Shown here piece by piece: positions 1 through 14,408 of a DNA stretch of 64,000 bases; position 1 is the first letter of the stretch; each line of letters begins with the position of its first letter. Source of the stretch: Octopus vulgaris (Eukaryota); NCBI GenBank assembly GCA_951406725.2, contig OX597820.1, positions 58,342,001 through 58,406,000 on the forward strand, written 5' to 3'. Below the pieces are notes generated by a model, which worked only from the letters and a program-made list of their open reading frames with translations, did not search any database and had not been told where the DNA came from. The translations under genes were made by a program, and so were the position numbers.

Positions 1-449
1 ATTTTCCTTATCCAATGTTTTGCTTATTTTTAATGAAATGTGTTTAAACATTCGCCTATAAAGTAACTTTTTCTTTACTTATTCCCTTTTATGTATTCAC
101 TCACATGTAACATTATTCTCGTTAATGTGTGTCGGCTGTAGCCTTTTAATAGTTTATTTAAGTGGGTCATTATTCCTCAAGCAATTCACACATATGCATA
201 CACACAAACATGCACAACACATTAAGGAGGAAAAGCGAAAAGAAAAGAGAGAGAGAGAACGAATGTTAATACCGCACAATCTTGTTCTTGAAGCATTTCA
301 TTCCTCGAGTTATATACACTTTAAAAGACAACATGAATTCTACCTCAGCAAGCTAAACAGACAATCTGTTCAAACAAATACAAACGGATATAACTTATTT
401 CAGTTTAAACACGTCTTAATGACTGCATCGAAATATTTCTATGAAAATC

Positions 450-615
450 TCATTTTTCCTGTAAAGAAGACAACATCCTCCATTGAATGACTGCTTCCCG
501 TGTCTCCATCTTAATCACTGTCTGTACTCGATAGTGTTGCCATTGCTTCGAATCCACAGGACATCCGGCCAGGGTTGGGTTACCAAATTTAGTCACTGGT
601 CTCGAACGAACAGAA
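450..615 (-). CDS. Candidate terminal exon (phase 2, 54 codons plus TGA)
   Basis: Acceptor ttcctggctcttgagctttttacag; the only long open frame is SVRSRPVTKFGNPTLAGCPVDSKQWQHYRVQTVIKMETREAVIQWRMLSSLQEK*; the sequence is non-repetitive and GC-richer than its flanks. Confidence 0.35.
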
Positions 616-1844
616 CTGTAAAAAGCTCAAGAGCCAGGAAATTAATGTTTGATGTTTAATTACTTTTAGATGTCTAAATAGCTGCGAATAAAATTTAATT
701 ATTTATATATTTTTTTATCTTTTCATAATCGCGTAACTGTTATAAATAAAATAATTGAGAGATGTGGATAAATAAACCAAACCATAAATAAATTTTTTTT
801 CTCTCCTTATCACTTTTTCCTACCCTCTTTCCGCCTCCCTACCACCGTCACCCCATCTTCGTCTTTATCCGATTTGACAAAATATAGCGGACATTAGTGA
901 GGAAAGACGGACTGAAATATGCCTCGTAAGGAAGAAACTTTTCCTGAATAGGAAATTAAGTCCGACAGGAAAACTAGATAAGAATTATTCCCAGCAGGTT
1001 GTTTGTACAAACAGAAAGAAGGAAAGAAAAAAAGAAACAACTCCTACTATAGCAACGATACGCTACAGTCTGCCACAAATTATAAACCGTCTAAAACAAT
1101 ACTGTCCATATCATAACAGCCTGTTCATAAACACACACATACGCACAGATTTCCAGACTTAGATACACATTAGCTATTTCCTCAACTTCGTCACAAACTA
1201 ACATAAATCATATTTCTGAAGTTTTATTTTGACTCTTGCCCACCCAACCTGTTGCTAGTCTCCTCGAATTTTTCTAATTATACATAAATTCAAAAAAAAA
1301 AAAGAAAAAGAAAAGAGAAATTCCTAAGACATATGAGGGTAGAATGTATAATTATTGCCTATTCCATCCCACGCAGCTTCTGTAACTCCAAGTTTACTAC
1401 TTCTAAATGCCTAGCCCCAAGCAAGGCCACAGCCTTTGGGCTGAAACGCATAAAAGAATATACATATATGGGTTGACGAGGAACCCTCTTTATCAAGCTT
1501 TTTCGAGAGTCAGGCCGCACAAGATATCGCTCATTATCAGGCGGGCCGCACAATTAAAAAAAAATTCAAGGTAGATTTTCGCTAGGTGCATTATTCAGAA
1601 AGTCCTCAAAGTTGCTGTTTACTCTTGACTACAGTTGCTTAACCTATTAGAATTGGTTGCCAAATTTCCTACTATTGCTACAAAACGTCTTTAAAAAAGA
1701 GAAGATAACGTAGTAGATCTTCCCTTTAAGCGCTGACCCGGAGGATAGCAACACCAAACTAAATACAGCATTACTGTACTATAACGCCGTTTTTGGAATT
1801 CAGTATCTCTGCCATCCCGATCCAAACTCACATACATACATACG

Positions 1845-3300
1845 TCTCAGTGAATAAAATGTAAACGTAATAGACCAGACAAAGTTATTTGAGACAGAGA
1901 AAGGAAACTATGCACAATCGCGAAAATCAGCTACCCAGCTGATGTCAATATAAAACTAAAGATCAGTGAAAAGGAAAACACGTGCGCCAAACTACAAAGA
2001 AATTTGTAGTTACTCTACCAGGATTACAAGTTCAGGTTTATACCTGTAATTATTAGGGCGCTGAAATATGTAACAAACTACCTAAGCACCAATCTTGAGA
2101 AATCAGGCTTCTCAAAACCGGAAAGGAGAAGGATAAGTAGATGACACATTCAAGCCATCAATGAAACTAAATATTTGTAAAACTTTCCGGAAATTTAGTG
2201 TTTAAGTATTGGGTAATCCCCTAAATAATACGGGGTTTTTAATACTTCTTTTATTTTTCAAAATTAAGGTAAACAAAGTTCCTTTTTTAATCTAAAATAT
2301 ACTCTCCTTCCTATTCTACAATGCTCTTCCATCAATCTAGTAGGCTTGCAAGGTTCCTCTTCCAAAATTCACTTGTTCGTGACGAAAAATACTCCTCCTG
2401 TACTGTTCTGACCTCGTCTACAGAATTCATATTTTTTCCGTCTAAATGATTTTGAAGACTGTGGAATAATCAGATGGGGCAATGTCCAGCGAATATGGTG
2501 GGAGGGGCATCGTTTCCCATCCAAACTACTACAGTCTTTGGAATGTCATCCTCGCTGTAAGTGGTCGAACATTATCCTGATGGAAGAACACCTTTCATCT
2601 TGAAAACAAAGATGGTCATTTTTCTTCTAGCGCAGGTGTCGATGAATGGTTGAATGACCAAATCCAAGCTTCTCTGCAAATTCCTCAACAGTTACGATGG
2701 GATTTTGCTCTACCAGGTTTTGCTGGGCGTCCTCGTCGAACTCTGCAGATCTTCCAGGACGAAGGTCGTCTTCTAGGCTGTAGTTTCCGGCTCGGAATAT
2801 CTGGATCCACCGTTGACACTGGCTTACGCTCATTGTCCGATCCCCATATACTGCATTAATATTCCTCGCAATTTCCGTTGCGTTGTTGCCTTTATTCAAC
2901 TCCTAAAGCAAAATATGCCGAATATGCTCCTTTGTCAAATCCATTATATCTTTAAAAAAATAACTTAAAATCGAACTGCTCTAAAAATAAATACAAAGTA
3001 AAAATTACTACCTCCTTTTATAGCAAGTTGATACAGGTAGTTTATCCTGCGGCCCTTCGACTTTTAGTCTATGCACTTAAAAAAACTGCATTATTTATGC
3101 GCATGCAACTATATGCATGAGACTACATACATGAAACAAAACATACAAATCTGCACAGTCAATGACTCCAAATATTGTACACATATACCCGAACATGCAC
3201 AAATACCCAGTTGATGTTGTTGAAATTCCAATGATTTGGATCAAGATTAAAAACCGGCTCTTTATTGGCAAGAAATCTTGAAATAAAACTGAATGATAGC
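1845..3300 (+). mobile_element. 5'-truncated R4/Dong-like non-LTR retrotransposon 3' end, interrupted by a mariner
   Basis: 1857-2200 reads, with stops and frameshifts, KCKRNRPDKVI*DRE..LCTIAKISYPADVNIKLKISEKENTCAKLQRNL*LLYQDYKFRFIPVIIRAL, a PD-(D/E)xK restriction-like endonuclease of RLE-type LINEs. The presumed 3' UTR resumes at ~3112 and has AATAAA near 3282; CATA-type repeats lie on both sides. Confidence 0.75.
2209..3111 (-). mobile_element. Mariner-family DNA transposon, internally deleted, with a pseudogenised transposase
   Basis: Degenerate TIRs (ttgggtaatcccctaaataatacggggtttttt versus aaaaaactgcattatttatgcgcatgcaact) next to TA. N-terminal HTH region MDLTKEHIRHILL*ELNKGNNATEIARNINAVYG..RPGR jumps to HQDNVRP and PYSLDIAPSDY (YSPDLAPSDY motif), so the first catalytic Asp region is missing. 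Confidence 0.9.
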
Positions 3301-3382
3301 ATTCATACATACACAAACTCGCACACACTCACTCTTACACATACACACACGCACACACTCGCACGCACTCACTCACACACAC

Positions 3383-3432
<50 letters not shown>

Positions 3433-4334
3433 GTACGTTTGTACGTACATACATTCATTTATACATACATTCATTCATACACACATACATACATACATAC
3501 ATACATACATACATACATACATACATACATACATACATACATACATACATACATACATACATAGATGCAAGCATGGCTGATGGTAAAAAGCTTGATTTGC
3601 AATCACATGGTTTCGGTTTCAGTCTCACTACGCGGATACTTGGGAAAGTGTCATCTACTATAACCTCGGGTTGACCAAAGTCACATGGTTGAATTTGATA
3701 GACGGAAACGCTATGTGTTTTACCTATCCACGCTTTACAACCAGTGTTGTTTTGTTTGTTCTGGAAGTGATCGATAGAATAAGCAGCTGTCGTTAAAAAG
3801 ACAAGTAGTGGGGTGAACTTGTACTTACCTCCACGCTGCCCCACTCCAAATCCGCTTAGAATGAACCCGCAACGAAACATTACGTTCTGAGTTCAAATTC
3901 TGCTCAGGTCGACTTTGCCTTTCATTCCTTCGGAGTCGATAAAATAAGTACCAGTTGAGCAGTGGGATCAATGTAATCGATTTAATCCCTCACCAAAAAT
4001 TTCTGGCCTTGTGCCATACTTTGAAATCAGTATTAGTAGGGATTAACATATACGATTGGAGAAGAGCAGTAAGGGAATTGTGGATAATGACAAACTCTCG
4101 CTCTCTCGGAATTTACTATGCAGGTACATTCGATACCACTGCTCCTGAAAGATGATCCGTAGATATTAAACTGCGCGGCGAAAAGATCCACGCCGCTGTA
4201 TCCAACTCTTAACCACCGTTGATATAAAACTGTTTAAATATTGAACAGCATTATTAATAAACATTAAAACGTATCTTAATACCATAAGTTTATTACCAAA
4301 CTTTCACGTCTACCAAATTATACTTTTCTTTCAA

Positions 4335-4418
<84 letters not shown>

Positions 4419-4717
4419 CACACACACACACACGCGCACACACACACTGAAACATACATGCAGTCATGTGTGTACGTGTGTCCTATTATATCAAACATAC
4501 GTCAGAACCAGAATGTATCCACAACTTTGAAAATAATGAATACTGGTGAAACGTTCCAATAAAAATAGCAGCTCGGTGTAAGCACAATAGGTCAGATACT
4601 GTTCTGTGAGATAGGAAGCAAAAATCAAACACAGCGGTTGTGAATGTCTCAACAAAAATTGTGGAAAAGGAAAAAAACTCTATGGAAAACTGAGAAATCT
4701 AATGCTCTTATATCCAG

Positions 4718-5126
4718 ACTGCAGATTTTCCTTTGTTGATATTATCACAGGCGCACAAGACTGCGTAGCAAAGGATCTGCAGAGCAAAATTTATGCTAGG
4801 TTTTCCAAAGAAGAGAACAAACTAATTCGTCTTCGCCAAACAATAGATTTGTGGTACATAGAAAACTTTAAAAATATCCCAAAGATTCTCTCTTTGTGAT
4901 TCTTGGGCTGAGAAAATGGACAAACTGCAGATTTTCCTTTGTTGATATCATCATAGACGCACAAGACTGCGTAGCCAAAGATCTGCGAAGCAAAATTTAT
5001 GCTAGATCCTCCAAAGAAGAGAACAAACGAATTATCCTTCTCCAAACAATCGATTTGTGGTACATAGAAAACTTGTAAAAATATTCCAGAGATTCTCTCT
5101 TTGTGATTCTTGGACTGAAAAAATGC
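4718..5126. repeat. Tandem duplication, 206-bp unit x2
   Basis: Units start at 4718 and 4924 (actgcagattttcctttgttgat) and differ only by scattered substitutions. Confidence 0.92.
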
Positions 5127-5148
5127 ATACAATCACAAATATATATTG

Positions 5149-5183
<35 letters not shown>

Positions 5184-6287
5184 CATAGCCAATGCACATC
5201 AACTACACAAGCATATAGTCACAAACACCAAGACCTATCTGGATATACCAAAAAAGGCCTTGTCAATTTGTCAATGAATTCTGAATCTTGGATTCTGCAA
5301 TAGTAAAAGCTTAGATAAATCTCAAAGAAACACATACATATAACATCTTTTACTTGTCTACGACTATGAAGAGTTTAGTGGAACAAATCGACCCCAGTAC
5401 TTCTTATAAGTCTGGTACTTATTCTGGCAATCTCCTTTGCCAAACCTCTAAATTATAGGGACGCAAACCAACCAACACCGGTTGACAAGAGGCAGTGTGG
5501 AGGCCAAACACAGACACGAATATACACACACTCATAATCTTTTAACTTTTACTCGTTTCAATCATTAGACTGCGGCCATGCTAGGGCAGTGCCTTGAAGA
5601 ATTTTTTGTCCAACTGCAATACTTGTTTCCTTTTTTTAAAAGCCTGGTGCTTATTCTATCGGTCTCTATAGCCGAACCGCTTGTCAAGTGGTAGTAGTCA
5701 CACACACATACAAATTTATACCGTGTAGTGGACGATGCTCACTAGAATTTACCGGTATTCAATTGCACCCACTAGCGCAGCAAGATCACAGCCACTTCTT
5801 TGCCAATAACCACAGACGAAGACAAAGAAACTTTAGTATGTTCTATATGAAGGATGAAATATTTTTATGAGAAGAAAAGAACCCTTTGTCGGTTCGCCAA
5901 GAATGCAACTTTCTCAAAACTCTCCCAAAGGAATGTCTGAGAAAATTCTTTGGAAATGGCAAGAATTTTAGGAAAATATTGGGTGGGGGCGGTATTTGTG
6001 TAAAACTATGTAAGTTATGCTGGGGGTGGGAGGATAATATTATTTCTTTTGTTTTTCTAAAATACTATTTATTACTTTAAGCTGAAGAAATACGGCAAAG
6101 AAACCCAGTTATACATCCAGGTATGCAGGAAAATATGTTGTCAGTATGTGTAGGGACAGAGAGAGGGAGAGACAGACGAAGAAAGGAAGGAAAGAAAGAA
6201 CGAAAAAAAATAACGAGTCCAAGAACGTGAAACATACCTTAAAGGGAATGTCTAGCTGTTTTTGCTTGTTCGACACACACACACACA

Positions 6288-6346
<59 letters not shown>

Positions 6347-8299
6347 TGGCTGTGTCGTAAAAAGTTTGCTTTCCACCCACATGGTTGAGTGGCACCACGG
6401 GCAATTGTCTTCTACTAAACCACTGGACCGAGCAAGGCCTTGTGAGTAGGAGACCATCGCTTAACAGTTGATGTTGGTTTGTTTACATCCCTGTAACTTA
6501 ACAGTTCGGCAAAAAAAAGCCTTATAGAATAAGTACCAGACTTAAAAATAAGAATTACGGTGGATTTATTTGACAACAAAAACCTTTAAAAGCAGTTTCC
6601 CAATATAGTTGCAGTCCAATGACTGTAACAAGCAAAACATAGAAGATTAAGATACACACGCACACAAACACACACACATACATACACACTCACATACGTA
6701 CGCACATACACATACATACATACATACATACATACATACATACATACATACATACATACATACATACATACATACATACATACATACATACATACTCGAC
6801 TATGCTGGCCGAGACTTCGAAATCAAGGTCAATAATATTCATATTTAAAAATAATAAATTTGTACTTTACAAAAGCATGGAGTAACCGAACAGATTAATC
6901 TAAAATTGTTTTAATTATAAAAGAACTTAAGAACAACCATTATTCGCAGACATACACACACACACACACACACACACACGTGTGTGTGTGTGTGTAAGTT
7001 CAACAACAATTTAGATTCAGATCAATACGTTACTTAAGTTGAGGCACCAGAATTTAGTACAGTATTATCCATACAATTTCAAAAGGTGATTAGAATCAAA
7101 ATAAGCAACAAGGATATCCAGAGATAATGCAGTACGATCGTTTCACGCAACTCCATTTAATTGAACAATGCAACCATTATATCAAGTTAAATGCAGGGCA
7201 ATCCTCAGCTGCACAAAGACAGAATTTAATTAAAACAGATAGACACACTAGTATAATTTTGCCTAAAATCTTCAAGAAGTTAAGGAGATAGACAAAGAAC
7301 ATTATTGCCCTTCCTTCCACTTAGAAGCTACTAAGTTATCGGGAAGAAAGACTTGTAACAGATTTTGCTTGTCACTGTTATATGGGGTCAGTTTTAATTT
7401 GTAGACTAGTTTTATCAAATCCTTGTATATCTAAGGGCGGGTCTGTTAGGAGTAGGGCTGAAGGAGTCGACAGAAATCATAGTGGGTATCAGGATTTATT
7501 AGAAGCAATATCATGGGATTTGGTAAAGGAAAACTTAAATCAGGATGTTAGCTGAAAATTAAGAGGGCTGGCCACTAGCAGACCATTGATAATGAAACTG
7601 GGGAAATCTTATGTAGTACTATAGTTAAATATTTTAAGCAATACTGCAATATTGTATAAAGTTAAAGTTTAGGGTTATTCAGAGGATTATTAAGAAGAAT
7701 ACTTATAACAAAATGATAAAATGCTTTAAGAATACTTTTAAGTATATGCCAAACGTTTACCACAATAGAGGGAGGAAAAGAAAATTATCCAGAAATAGTT
7801 TAATATTTATACATATTATAAACTTAAATACTAACTAATCAGATGGTATCAGTGAATATTGATCAATTGGTATATACTGGTATTTAATAAAGGAGTACTG
7901 AGGTAAAAGAACATGCTAACTATGAATTAATTAAATTATAATCTAAGCAGTTTATTTTAAGTAGTGAATATACCAATATTGTTATATATAAGCTAAGTAT
8001 GAATTTATAGAGGTACAAATATTAGATTTATTTGATAAATAAATAAATAAATAAAATAAATAAAGTAGATAAAGGCTATTATAAAATAATAAAGAAAAAT
8101 AATCAGATAGGGCAAAACACCATAGAAAAGTAATAAAACAGCTTAATCACTAAAAACATGATAAAGTATATGTAACTAGGATATATAGAAAATGTATAAT
8201 AATTCAAAATATACTAAACTAAAAAATTATATATTTACATATATATTTAATCTAATTTAATTATATATATATTTATTTATTTCCTTATTTATTTATGCT

Positions 8300-8593
8300 C
8301 CCTTCTCAGGCCTATCCAGGCTCATGGGCCCGGTTTCCCGGTTTCTATGGCGTATGTGTTTCCCCAGCTGGACGGGACGCCAGTCCATCGCAGCATTACT
8401 CAAGAAACAGGAGGAAAGAGTGAGAGAAAGTTGGGGTGAAAGACTACAACTGGGGTCGCCACCACACCCTGCCGGAGCCTCGTGGTGCTTTAGGTGTTTT
8501 CGCTCAATAAACACACACAACGCTCGGTCTAGGAATCGAAACCGCGATCCTCTGACCACGAGTCCGCTGCCCTAACCACTGGGCCATTGCGCC

Positions 8594-8595
<2 letters not shown>
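8300..8595 (-). mobile_element. SINE family C; other copies near 30140, 35625(-), 55190(-), 60390, 60640
   Basis: tRNA-derived head ggcgcaatggcccagtggttagggcagcggactcg...gtttcgattcc with A and B boxes, and tail gaaaccgggaaaccgggcccatgagcc. Confidence 0.85.
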
Positions 8596-8678
<83 letters not shown>

Positions 8679-8679
<1 letters not shown>

Positions 8680-9035
8680 CTAGCACTATGACCCGGCAAC
8701 GCCGGGTCATAGTGCTAGTGCATGCATATACAGATGCGTGCGTGCGCACATACACGCGAGTAATGTCCAAATCTCCGACCAATCACATACAGCTAGCTGG
8801 CATTCAATTGGCGTATCAAGTTTCGGGTATTTTGATTGGGTTTTGGATAGAAAATTCACAAAAAAGTCACTTCTATTGATTTTTTTAATGGCTTTGCGTG
8901 GTGACTGGGGAAATCTAAGGATGTGCACGACCACCCTTGGACGGTATTGAACGACCATAGAAAGTGCGAGCCCTCTAACTGAAAAATTGTAGATTTGTAT
9001 AAAGGGTACACACACACACACACAGACATTTTGCC

Positions 9036-9050
<15 letters not shown>
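8679..9050 (-). mobile_element. Non-autonomous Helitron-like element
   Basis: The 5' end (TA)n-AAACGGCAAAATGTCTGTGTG lies in a TA tract; the 3' end is ...CTAGT within a perfect 19-bp-arm palindrome (8679-8719). Confidence 0.65.
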
Positions 9051-9075
<25 letters not shown>

Positions 9076-9541
9076 GGGAATGTTTTAACTGGCGAAATGA
9101 CCGTTAAATCGATAGTTTCGAACAGAATTATCATGAGGTATTTTTGGCATGGATATTTTCCGGTCAGTTCTTCTGATCGTAAATGTAGTGACTTGGTGAT
9201 TGGTTTGCTGAAAGCCTGAAACCAACGATGGTATTTTCATACACAAGCAAACAAACAAAGCAGTGCGCGCGCACATGTGATGAAGGAAAAGAAAATAGTT
9301 TAACTTCGGTCTTCACCGTTTTCCTTTTAGTCGTCTTTTCTACACATATTGTCGATTCGGCTATCTGAAGTTCTTGTTGTTATTGTTGCTGTTCAACCCC
9401 AGACAAACTGGATTGATCAGAGCTATGATCAAAAGCATTCCAGACATGACCATCCTGTCTTTTTTTTTTTTTTTTTTGTAAGATAGGTGTGATTTGAAGG
9501 CCTACAGTTACTAAATCTATCGGATTGAATCACTGCAGAGA

Positions 9542-9692
9542 GCAGGCATGAGCAACCATTTTCTAAAAGCGGGCGACCACATGAGACATTACTCATCATC
9601 AAGCGGGCTGCATGAGACATTACTCATCATCAAGCGGGCCGCCCGAGACATTGCTCATCATTAGGTGGGCCGCACGAGACATCGCTCATCAT
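9542..9692 (+). repeat. ~31-bp tandem subrepeats x4 behind a hAT-like terminus; related copy at ~1505-1552
   Basis: caggcatgagcaacc followed by repeated gcgggccgcatgagacattrctcatcatca. Confidence 0.6.
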
Positions 9693-9861
9693 GTGTGATA
9701 AAAGAATGAGCGATAGAAGAGAAGAAAGACAGAATGATGGTGGGGGTAAGAAAAACTCGAAGAAAAATATTTTAAATAATGAATGAAAGCAAGGTGGGGA
9801 AGAGATCAAAAAGAATATTTAAAAAAGATAATCGATGATAGAAGATAAAGAGTGACAGAAA

Positions 9862-10280
9862 AGGCGGTGAGCTGGCAGAAACGTTAGTACGCCGGGCGAA
9901 ATGCTCAGCAGTATTTCGTCTGTCGCTACGTTCTGAGTTCAAATTCCGCCGAGGTTGACTTTGGCTTTCATCCTTTCGGGGTCGATTAAACAAGTACCAG
10001 TTACGCACTGGAATCGATGTAATCGACTTAATCCGTTTGTCTGTCCTTGTTTGTCCCTTCTGCGTTTAGCCCCTTGTGGGTAGTAAAGAAATAGGTATTT
10101 CGTCTGCCGTTACGTTCTGAGTTCAAATTCCGCCGAGGTCGACTTTGCCTTCCATCCTTTCGGGGTCGATAAATTAAGTACCAGTTACGCACTGGGATCG
10201 ATGTAACCGACTTAATCTGTTTGTCTGTACTTGCTTGTCCCCTCTATGTTTAGCCCCTTGTGGGCAATAAAGAAATAAGA
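9862..10280 (+). mobile_element. SINE family A (head-to-tail dimer here); other copies near 3880, 18080, 30878, 31117, 31476, 33265, 40045(-), 40930(-), 59040(-), 61212(-)
   Basis: Recurrent ggcggtgagctggcaga...gttctgagttcaaattccgccgaggtcgactttgcctttcatcctttcggggtcgataaattaagtaccagtt with a B-box-like GTTCAAA. Confidence 0.85.
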
Positions 10281-12110
10281 AAAGTACATATTCATGGAAG
10301 GAGGAGGAGGAGGAGGAAAGAGAGGTTGGTGACGACGAGGATGGAGTAGATATAAAAGAGTCAGGCGGAATGAATGAAGACAATTAATAGAAGAAATAGA
10401 AGAAAAACAACATCAACAAAGTGAGAGAAAAAAAAGAAAGAACAGGTTGGTGCATACCACGACTCTGGTAAACTATTTAACAACGAAGGGAACACACACG
10501 TACGTATACATGAACACAAACGAAAATAAGATAAAAAATAAAATAAAGTAAAACGCAACGCAATTCACTTAAGACAAGATTTGATGTGAGCAGGCTCATA
10601 ATTAATTGGCAATACCGCAACAAAATTTTCACTTACAAACGAATGATCCAGAAAGACTGAGATTTAAACTTAATGCTTCAGTGGCAAAATAAAAGGCGAG
10701 TGTCATTTCACAGAGGTGAGTCACTGAAGTATTAAAACGATAAGGTTATAAAACATGGCGGGATAGCAGCAATGGCGGCAGCAGTGTGGTGGTGGCGGTG
10801 GTGGTGGTGATGATGATGATGAGGAGGAGGAGGAGGATGGTGGTGGTGGTGATGATGGCGACTGCAGCGCCTGGGAGAGTGCTGTGTGTGTATGTGAGTG
10901 TGTATTGCGAAACGGCCTCTTTTTCATTTTGCGTTGAGAGCCTTTCGTCGTCGTTCTTGTCGTCGTCGTAGTCACCATCGTTGCTCGTTCTCTTGGTTCT
11001 GTTTTTTTTTTTTTTTTGTTTTCGTAGTTGTTTAGCCCAAGGTTAACGCTGATAAAATAGGCTTATGAACAAAGACGATCCAGTTGTGAGTATCCCAATA
11101 GTTTGTACACCAAGAACTGCACTGTTATTATTATTGATGTTGTTGTTTAGTAGCAACTCAGGTATGATCAAAAGCATATCTGCTATCTCTGCCTTTTTCG
11201 TCGTTTTTTTAAATATAGTATATCCCAGACCACATAACTCAATTTGTCCTTCCATTTGTTTGCTATTATTGTCATTATTCAGCCCCGGGTGAGAACCTAT
11301 TATCACAATCATTCCAGTCCTTGTGCGACTTTTTTTAAAAACTTTTTCAAAAAAAAAGAAAGGAGTAATGTCAAATGGAAGGAAAGGGGATAGATTTTTT
11401 TAACTCGTTACAAAGATGTTAAACTTTCTAGTCATATGTAATCATTTTTAGCGCCATTTCATTCTTCTTAGAAATGCCCAGCTTGACGTCGTCTGAGGCA
11501 GATTAAACTAAACATTTTAAACAAGAAGTATAGATCTATTATCATCATTGTTATCGTTGTTTTTGTATCCAACGTATGTTTCGTTTGTTCACGACGATTT
11601 AAAGGTGATTTATATGCTGGTTTTTGTAATGAAAGCCACCACATAGAAGTTCCATTCAAGTGTTTTGTTGAGTCTTTGAGCAAGTTTATTCTACATTGTC
11701 TCAGATCTACTGAATGCTGTAAAATGAACAGCAGATTTTCCATTATGTTTGTGATGGAGTGATATATGATATCTTGGTGTGATATATGATATATAAACTT
11801 TGAATAACTATAAATAGATAGATTGATTGAAAGAGAGAGAGAAAGAGAAAGAGATTAATCTAGTATTGAAAATCGAAGCGGGACATTGAAACGATTAATA
11901 GAAAATGAAGCTGGAAATCTTCTCACCAGCCATGGAGACCAGAACCAGCATAGTTTCGGTGCATTAAAATCCGGGAACTTTAAATTCCACGGTACTACGC
12001 CTCTGCTGCGCCAGTGATATTGAATATTACTAAGGTGAAAGACGTACAGCAATAAATGTAGAGAACAACATGCAATGGAAATGGAAAACTACGGACAAAA
12101 AACAATACAG

Positions 12111-12163
<53 letters not shown>

Positions 12164-13137
12164 TGTGTGAGTGTGTGTGTGTGTGTCTGTCTGTCTGTCT
12201 GTCTGTCTCTGTGCGTGTATGTGTTACATGCGATAGTCTTTCGGCAAGGCACGCAACAAAACAACAATCACAGAGTGATAGCACGAAAGAAAGGAGGAAA
12301 AGACAAGTACAAGAGAAATTTTCAATAGTAAAAGCAGAAAGGTGAAGAATAATTTTGAGATTGCCTCGTAGTTGTGGTGGGGGAAAAGGGAATTTGAGGA
12401 ACAGTGTGAGAGGGAATTTGAGGAACAGTGTGAGAGGGAAAGAAAGCGAAGAAAAAGGTGTGAAAGAGAAGATAGTAAAAAAAAAATCGAGAAAGGGGCA
12501 GAAAGGAAGATTGAGAGAGGGAGAAAAATAAGTGGCTATGAAAACAAGAGAGCAATATTTAATGGCATGAGAACAAGAGAGAATGATAAAGAAGAAGAGA
12601 AAGAAAGGGGGACTGGAGTAGAGAAAAAATATAGAATGATCATAGTGAGAGCGGAGGTCATCAATTGCAGGTGAATAAGAATAGAATGCTGTGGGCGCTA
12701 TGAATCTAACCGTGACAATCGCGATGGAATATGGAAACGATTAGTAGAAAAGGACAAATTAACATAGAAATCATATCAACAATCATTGAGATCAGAATCA
12801 GCTTAGTTTCAGCGCGTTCAAAGTCTTTGCATTTTATTCCATGGTACAACTCTTGTGGTTGCGCCAGAGATGCAGAATATCACTAAGATGGCGGACGTAC
12901 AAGAGCTAAACGTAAAAGAACAGCAACGTACGAGACTGAAAACTAGATAGAAGCAAGTAATACAGCAACATAAGACAGGCGCAGGCGTGTGGTATGAAGC
13001 TTGCTTCCCAACCACATGGTTCTGGGTTCAGTCCCACTGCGTGGCACCTTGGGCGAGTGTTTTCTACTACAGCCTCGGGCCGACCAAAGCCTTGTGAGTG
13101 GATTTGGTAGACGGAAACTGAAAGAAGCCCGTCGTAT

Positions 13138-13174
<37 letters not shown>

Positions 13175-13570
13175 GACCCTGTAACCCCTGATGGTAAATT
13201 ATTTGCTCTCAACATATTGGGCTTCTAGATTATTTGTCTAAGCCATATTTTCTTTCCTTTTCCTACTTCCCTTTGTTTATATTGTATGCACTTGTTTTTA
13301 CTCTGATGAAGATCCGATGCCTTCATTCGAATGCCTCTACGAAGATGAAGAACTGTATTCTCGCATTTATTTATAGACTGCATTTTGGTAACGGATATAT
13401 ATATATATACATCGGAATCCGAAATAGGCGCAGATGTGGCTGTGTATAAAAGAAACTTGCTTACCAACCATGTGGTTTTGGGTTCAATACCTCTGTGTGG
13501 CACCTTTGAAAATCATCTTTTAATGTAGTCCAAAGTCTTATGAGTGGATTTGGTATACAGAAGCGTCCGT

Positions 13571-13643
<73 letters not shown>

Positions 13644-14256
13644 TGCTAAGATTCTCAGCGTAATCTGGTATTAGATCATATAAGTACATATTTGATCAAG
13701 AAAAGAGAAGTAGTTCCATAAACGGAACTCAACCTACTTATGTGTTGCTTACCAAGACTGCACTATTCATTTACTCAATAGAATACCTGGCAATAGTCTT
13801 CTCTCATAACAGGTTCTTATATTTTTAGTATTTTCTGATTTTTTTTCTTTAACATTGTTACACTTTAATCGCTACAAGAGAGCTGATTAGTTTACACTGA
13901 GGACAGACTAAACTAGATATATGATAAAAAGTGTATTTTATATAAATATATATTATTGTCCAGCACAGCAAAACACTGTGCTTCGATTCGATGTCTCTGA
14001 AAAGGAATAATTCTATGAATCAAATTATACATGAATCTATAAATCCAGAAGATTTGTTGAATGTCAATATGTCCAAATGTTTGGTCGGCTACAGCCAATT
14101 CTAAACATATTTGACATTTAACGCAGCGCATTTTGCCCAAAGCCTTTCAACCAAAGCGTCAGCTTATTCTACATCTCACATACTTATTCGCATGTTTAAC
14201 ATTCAACGCATTATCCTGCATTCATTATTGCCATCATTCTGGACACATATGCTCAC

Positions 14257-14296
14257 CTGTTTCTTAGAATTCTAGATTTTATTGTGTCTGGATTAA
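14257..14296 (-). CDS. Candidate 40-nt exon (phase 1 to 2)
   Basis: Acceptor ttttgttttctttctcactgaaactcaacag, frame xNPDTIKSRILRN, strong donor CAG|GTGAGC. Confidence 0.35.
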
Positions 14297-14366
14297 CTGT
14301 TGAGTTTCAGTGAGAAAGAAAACAAAACTGGGATAACTTGAACAGCATATCTGTCGCTGTTTTATT

Positions 14367-14408
<42 letters not shown>

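Noticed and set aside
6964-6995. (AC)n(GT)n perfect palindrome
   Set aside because: A junction of complementary microsatellites, expected in such a repeat-rich genome.
9568-9692. ~31-bp repeats resembling a CRISPR array
   Set aside because: The units are contiguous with no unique spacers, there are no cas genes, and the context is eukaryotic.
10721-10978. Poly-Pro/Ser or Gly/Asp-rich ORFs
   Set aside because: Mixed GGT/GAT/GAG triplet repeats with no convincing splice context or domain.
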